This document shows, piece by piece, positions 7,357 through 11,371 of a stretch of DNA of 11,371 nt. The stretch lies in the NCBI GenBank assembly GCA_030619825.1, contig JAUXAS010000026.1:1-11371 (forward strand), read 5' to 3'. The notes under the pieces are model-generated. The model made no database searches. It saw nothing but the letters and a program-made list of their open reading frames with translations, and had not been told where the DNA came from. The DNA is from Hadesarchaea archaeon (GTDB lineage: Archaea > Hadarchaeota > Hadarchaeia > Hadarchaeales > Hadarchaeaceae). Positions within the stretch are counted from its first letter, which is position 1. Each line of letters starts with the position of its first letter. The position numbers and the translations under genes were made by a program.

Positions 7357-8226
7357 ATGGCGGTGGGGTGGAAGAAAAAATTGGATGAGGTGCGAATGAA
7401 GAGCTTGCAGGAGATATTTGAAGTGGATAAACCCGTGATAGGGATGGTTCACCTGCCTCCCCTTCCCGGATCCCCTGGGTACGATTACTACGGGATGGAT
7501 GCCATCATCGAAAAAGCATTGGCCGACGCGAAAGCCCTCGAGGAAGGAGGAGTGAATGGGCTAATCGTCGAGAATATGTGGGATCATCCTTACTACGTGG
7601 GTGAAAATGTGCCACCTGAAGAGATGACCGCTCAAGCCGTCGCAGCTAGGGAGGTGACCAAAGCGACCAACCTCCCGACGGGAATAAACGTCATCCACAA
7701 CGGCGGAAAAGTAACGCTAGCGATTGCTGTAGCGTCGGGAGCCAGCTTCGTTCGGATCTGTCTTTTGGCCGGAGCCCGGGTTTGGGATACTGGCGAGTTC
7801 GACCGGGGATGCGCCGCTGAGGTGCTGAGGCTGAGAAAAAATTTAGGAGCTAATCATATCAAGATCTTCGCCGATGTCGACAAAAAACATTCAGTACCAT
7901 TTCCTGGGATAGATTTAGTAACCCATATCCAGTGGACCAGACGTTATCTCGCCGACGCGATCATTGTCACTGGAAAACTTACCGGAATAGCCCCTGAGCT
8001 GGAAAAGGTCAGGAGGGCTAAAGAAGTAGCCGAGGACACGCCGGTACTCGTTGGAAGCGGCGCTGAAATCACCAATGTTAGGAAATTCTTGGAGTATGCC
8101 GATGGGGTCATCGTGGGCACAAGCTTGAAGAAGGACGGAATAACAGAAAACCCCGTCGATGTCGATAGGGTAAAAAAGTTCATGCTGGCAGTGAAAGAAG
8201 CGAGAAAGAAACATCAGAAATCTTAA
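7357..8226 (+). CDS. BtpA/SgcQ-family TIM-barrel protein
   Basis: KPVIGMVHLPPLPGSP, DA.ALEEGGV.G..VEN..D.PY, IFADV.KKH, ADAIIVTG..TG, PVLVGSG and ADGVIVGTSLK.DG....VD..RV..F. ATG 7357 follows GGAGGTG; alternative ATG 7396 follows GAGGTG. Confidence 0.93.
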   Translation: MAVGWKKKLDEVRMKSLQEIFEVDKPVIGMVHLPPLPGSPGYDYYGMDAIIEKALADAKALEEGGVNGLIVENMWDHPYYVGENVPPEEMTAQAVAAREVTKATNLPTGINVIHNGGKVTLAIAVASGASFVRICLLAGARVWDTGEFDRGCAAEVLRLRKNLGANHIKIFADVDKKHSVPFPGIDLVTHIQWTRRYLADAIIVTGKLTGIAPELEKVRRAKEVAEDTPVLVGSGAEITNVRKFLEYADGVIVGTSLKKDGITENPVDVDRVKKFMLAVKEARKKHQKS

Positions 8227-8260
8227 TACATTAGCTCCATAAATTGTCGTGGGGCCTCAA

Positions 8261-9142
8261 ATGCTGATTGTAGCTGGATCTGCATCTTCGAAACTTGCTG
8301 AGCGCGTTGCAAATCAGCTTAAGTGCGAGCTAACAAAACCCGAGCTCAAGCTATTCCCAGATGGCGAGCTTTACGTGCGCATTCCTGCCAACGTAAAAGG
8401 TGAAGATGTCGCCATAATTCAATCGACTTGTTATCCACCGAACCAGAATTATATGGAGCTCCTTCTCCTGCTCGACGCCGCGAGGGACCTCGGTGCGGAA
8501 GAAATCACGGCAATTATACCCTACTTTGCCTACGCACGACAAGACAAACGCTTCAAGGAAGGAGAGGCGGTGAGTCTTCACACAATATCAAAATTGATCG
8601 AAAGTGTCGGCACGAAGAAGGTTTACACTGTCGATATGCACGCCCACAGGGTCGGGGACATCCAAGAGATTTTCAAAGTCCCCGCTAGAAATCTCACCGC
8701 AGCGCCTCTCTTGGCCAAATACTTAGCCGATAATTACCAACTCGAGGATCCGGTGATCATCGGGCCGGATGATGAGTCGGAACGGTGGGCAAAGGAAGCC
8801 GGTGAAGCCCTAGGCGCCGACTGGAATCACATGGTAAAGGAGAGGCTGGGGCCGGAAGAGGTCCATATCAAGCCCCGAAAGCAGCTAGAGGTCGAAGGCA
8901 GGGATGCTATGGTGATCGATGATATCATCAGCACCGGCGAGACGATGGTGGAGGCTATCAAAATCTTGAAAAAACATGGGGCACGAAAGATTTACGCCGC
9001 CTGCATCCACGCGGTCCTCGCCGGCAATGCCCTAGAGAAGGTACGCAAGGCGGGCGCTGAGGACATCTTTGCCACCGACACCATCGAGCACAAAATCAGC
9101 AAGGTTTCGGTCGCTCCTCTCATCGCAGATGCAATTCATTAG
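8261..9142 (+). CDS. prs: Ribose-phosphate pyrophosphokinase (PRPP synthetase)
   Basis: FPDGELYVRI, IPYFAYARQDKRF..GEAVS, VD.H and the PRT motif VIDDIISTGET, then CIHAVL and ATDTI. ATG 8261 follows GTGGGG. Confidence 0.96.
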   Translation: MLIVAGSASSKLAERVANQLKCELTKPELKLFPDGELYVRIPANVKGEDVAIIQSTCYPPNQNYMELLLLLDAARDLGAEEITAIIPYFAYARQDKRFKEGEAVSLHTISKLIESVGTKKVYTVDMHAHRVGDIQEIFKVPARNLTAAPLLAKYLADNYQLEDPVIIGPDDESERWAKEAGEALGADWNHMVKERLGPEEVHIKPRKQLEVEGRDAMVIDDIISTGETMVEAIKILKKHGARKIYAACIHAVLAGNALEKVRKAGAEDIFATDTIEHKISKVSVAPLIADAIH

Positions 9143-9150
9143 GTTTTAAC

Positions 9151-10182
9151 ATGCAAAGATTGATGTTCGTGCTTTCAGGTGAGAACCCCACATTGCCGGT
9201 GGCTGAGGCGGTGGCAGCGATCAAAGCCGAGCACCGTTCCTACCGGGTGCTTGAACAACTCAATCAAGTGCTTGTCGCCGAGACCAAGGCCAGCCCGCAG
9301 ATCCTCGCCTCACGCCTCGCGATGTGCCGCGAGATATGCTTACACCTCTGCACCGCCAGCGCTCATAAGAAGGAAATCCTAGAAGCTGTGGGGAGCTCCG
9401 ACATCGTCGACCTCATCCCCCACGGAAAAAACTTCGCGGTGCACCTGAAGCGCGTGCGGAGGAGCTCGCCCAATATCAACACGCTCAAACTTGCGAAGAA
9501 CATCGCGGAGCTCATCGGCACTGAGGTCGAGTTCAAGGTCGACTTAGCCCACCCCGATATCGAGCTCTTGGGGGTGCTGACGGGAGAGCGGTGCGCGCTG
9601 GGTATAACGGCGGCGAAGGTGGATCGACGCCAGTTCGCGCGACGCAGGCCCACGCTCAGGCCGGCCTTCCACCCTAGCACCCTGATGCCCGCGTTCGCCC
9701 GCTGCATGGTCAACCTCGCCCGGACCCCTCGAGAAGGCACTTTCCTTGACCCCTTCGCGGGTGTTGGAGGCATCCTGCTCGAGACCGGGTTGATCGGGGC
9801 AAAGGTAATCGGCATCGACATCGACCGCGAGATGATTGATGGGGCACGAAAGAACCTCGAGGCGAGCGGCGTAACCGATTTCCAGCTCACGGTTGGAGAT
9901 GCCCGCAAACTGCCAGCGTTGGAGGTTGATGCCGTTGCGACGGACCCTCCCTTCGGGCGCCAAGCGACCACAGGGGGTGTTGAGCTTAAGGAGCTTTATG
10001 AAAAAACGCTGCCCTCGATCGCGGGTGTGCTGAAGAGTAAGGGTTACGCGTGCATCACCTCACCTGCCGAGCTTGAACTCGAGGAGTTGGCCTCTGGAGC
10101 TGAACTTCAAACGATCGAAAAGCACGAACAAAGAGTGCACCGAAGTTTGACGAGGAGAATTTACGTCTTCAGGAAGAAGTGA
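9151..10182 (+). CDS. trm11: THUMP-domain tRNA (guanine(10)-N2) methyltransferase (archaeal Trm11/TrmG10)
   Basis: N-terminal LSGE.PTLP.AE, THUMP signature KVDL.HPD, RRP..RP.FHP..L.P..AR..VNL, SAM-binding LDPFAGVGGILLE, TDPPFGR and C-terminal RVHRSLTR.I. Confidence 0.88.
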   Translation: MQRLMFVLSGENPTLPVAEAVAAIKAEHRSYRVLEQLNQVLVAETKASPQILASRLAMCREICLHLCTASAHKKEILEAVGSSDIVDLIPHGKNFAVHLKRVRRSSPNINTLKLAKNIAELIGTEVEFKVDLAHPDIELLGVLTGERCALGITAAKVDRRQFARRRPTLRPAFHPSTLMPAFARCMVNLARTPREGTFLDPFAGVGGILLETGLIGAKVIGIDIDREMIDGARKNLEASGVTDFQLTVGDARKLPALEVDAVATDPPFGRQATTGGVELKELYEKTLPSIAGVLKSKGYACITSPAELELEELASGAELQTIEKHEQRVHRSLTRRIYVFRKK

Positions 10183-10183
10183 A

Positions 10184-11095
10184 ATGAAACTCATCTTTCT
10201 CGGAACAGGCGGCAGCATCCCGACGCCCCAGCGGGGCCTTCCAGCGATAGCCCTGAAGCACGAGCGCGAACTCCTGCTCTTCGACTGCGCCGAGGGAACG
10301 CAGCGCTCGATGGCCCGGGCGAGGGTCAGCCCGATGCGCCTAGACGCAATTTTCATAACCCACCTTCACGGCGACCACTTTTTGGGTTTGGCAGGGCTCG
10401 TGCAAACGCTATCGTTGATGGATCGTGAACGAAAGCTCGAGATATTTTGCCTGAGGGGTGAGGGCGAACGCATCGAAAGTTACCTTCAAATTCCCCACTA
10501 CACCCTGACCTTCGAGCTAGGGGTGCGCGAGCTCGAGCCCGGGGAGGAGCTCCGACGCCGAGGCTACCGAATCCTAACCTCCGAGGCCGATCACAACGTC
10601 CCGAGTTTAGCCTACGCGCTCGTTGAGGATGAGCGTCCGGGAAAGTTTTACCCTGATAAAGCAATTGCGCTGGGCGTGAAGGCCGGGCCGGATTTCTCGC
10701 GCCTGAAGGCGGGCAAAAGCATCAAACTGCGTGATGGGAGCATCGTCAAGCCCGAGCAGGTGATGGGACCGCCCCGCCCCGGGCGAAAAGTGGTGTACAC
10801 AGGCGATACCCGGCCGAGCAAGCGCATCGTCGAGCTCGCCCGAAACGCCGACGTACTCATCCACGATTGCACGCTCGCCGACGATCTCGCTGAAAAGGCG
10901 GCGGAGAGCACCCACTCGACCCCCAGCGAGGCCGCAGAGGTGGCGAAGCAGGCCGACGTCAAGCAGTTGGTCCTCATTCACATCAGCCCGCGCTATGAGG
11001 ATGACGCCGTGCTCCTCGAGCAGGCAAAAAAAATTTTCCCGAACACCGTCGTCGCGCGCGACCTGATGGAGCTAGAAGTTCCACTCGGAAAATAA
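10184..11095 (+). CDS. rnz: Ribonuclease Z (tRNA 3' processing)
   Basis: FLGTGGSIPT..R, FDCAEGTQ, THLHGDH, the flexible-arm GP motif (LGVKAGP.F.RLK.G), YTGDTRP, HDCT, HST and HISPRY. Confidence 0.97.
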   Translation: MKLIFLGTGGSIPTPQRGLPAIALKHERELLLFDCAEGTQRSMARARVSPMRLDAIFITHLHGDHFLGLAGLVQTLSLMDRERKLEIFCLRGEGERIESYLQIPHYTLTFELGVRELEPGEELRRRGYRILTSEADHNVPSLAYALVEDERPGKFYPDKAIALGVKAGPDFSRLKAGKSIKLRDGSIVKPEQVMGPPRPGRKVVYTGDTRPSKRIVELARNADVLIHDCTLADDLAEKAAESTHSTPSEAAEVAKQADVKQLVLIHISPRYEDDAVLLEQAKKIFPNTVVARDLMELEVPLGK

Positions 11096-11371
11096 TGGGG
11101 CTCAGGTCGAGGTTTAGCTCATCTTGAATCGCGTAACCCTCTTTTCTTCATTGCCCCAACTAATCTAGAATTCTCATGAGATTTGAACCTTTCAGAGCCC
11201 CCTATATTTTTAATTAAAGCTTGAAATCAGTAAAGCTGAGAAATAAACCCATTTCCTGATGAAAATCTTAACTTAAGAGAACAGCCATGGGAAATGAGAA
11301 AAAAATCAGCCAGTACGCTTCTCGGGATGACGACATTCAAGTATGGGATAATTGTGACTGAAAATCACAGC

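Noticed and set aside
9940..10875. Motif variants DPPF in Trm11 and DCAEG/HDCT in RNase Z
   Set aside because: These are conservative substitutions, and the core catalytic and metal-binding motifs are otherwise intact.
9363..10981. Long antisense ORFs over trm11 and rnz
   Set aside because: These are expected shadows of GC-rich coding sequence and show no recognisable domains.
11287..11371. Possible gene fragment at the right edge (+ strand MRKKSASTLLG... from 11294, or - strand ...ECRHPEKRTG* ending at 11306 before a T tract)
   Set aside because: Too short to decide strand or product.
1..11371. CRISPR arrays, tRNA/rRNA, IS elements, defence systems
   Set aside because: No spaced repeats, cloverleaf-like segments, transposase/integrase motifs or defence domains were seen by eye.

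Overview
Archaeal chromosomal segment, judged from archaeal-type Trm11, TATA-like promoters, GGAGGTG Shine-Dalgarno (SD) sites and a class III-like signal peptide. The left arm (- strand) is a nucleotide/nucleoside scavenging cluster: PfkB-family kinase, CUT2-type ABC ATPase, BMP-family nucleoside-binding protein, two permeases, a frameshifted two-knuckle zinc-ribbon microprotein remnant, and a secreted 5'-nucleotidase/cyclic phosphodiesterase that runs off the left edge and is absent from the ORF track. The divergent right arm (+ strand) carries BtpA/SgcQ, PRPP synthetase, tRNA m2G10 methyltransferase and RNase Z. Most notable: (i) both exported proteins appear to start at near-cognate codons (ATA, ACG) placed exactly 5 nt after GGAGGTG, which restores their export signals; (ii) a hidden CPxCG zinc-ribbon ORF is split across reading frames; (iii) the uncharacterised BtpA/SgcQ enzyme sits inside a nucleoside-to-PRPP gene context. 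No RNA genes, mobile elements or CRISPR arrays were recognised.
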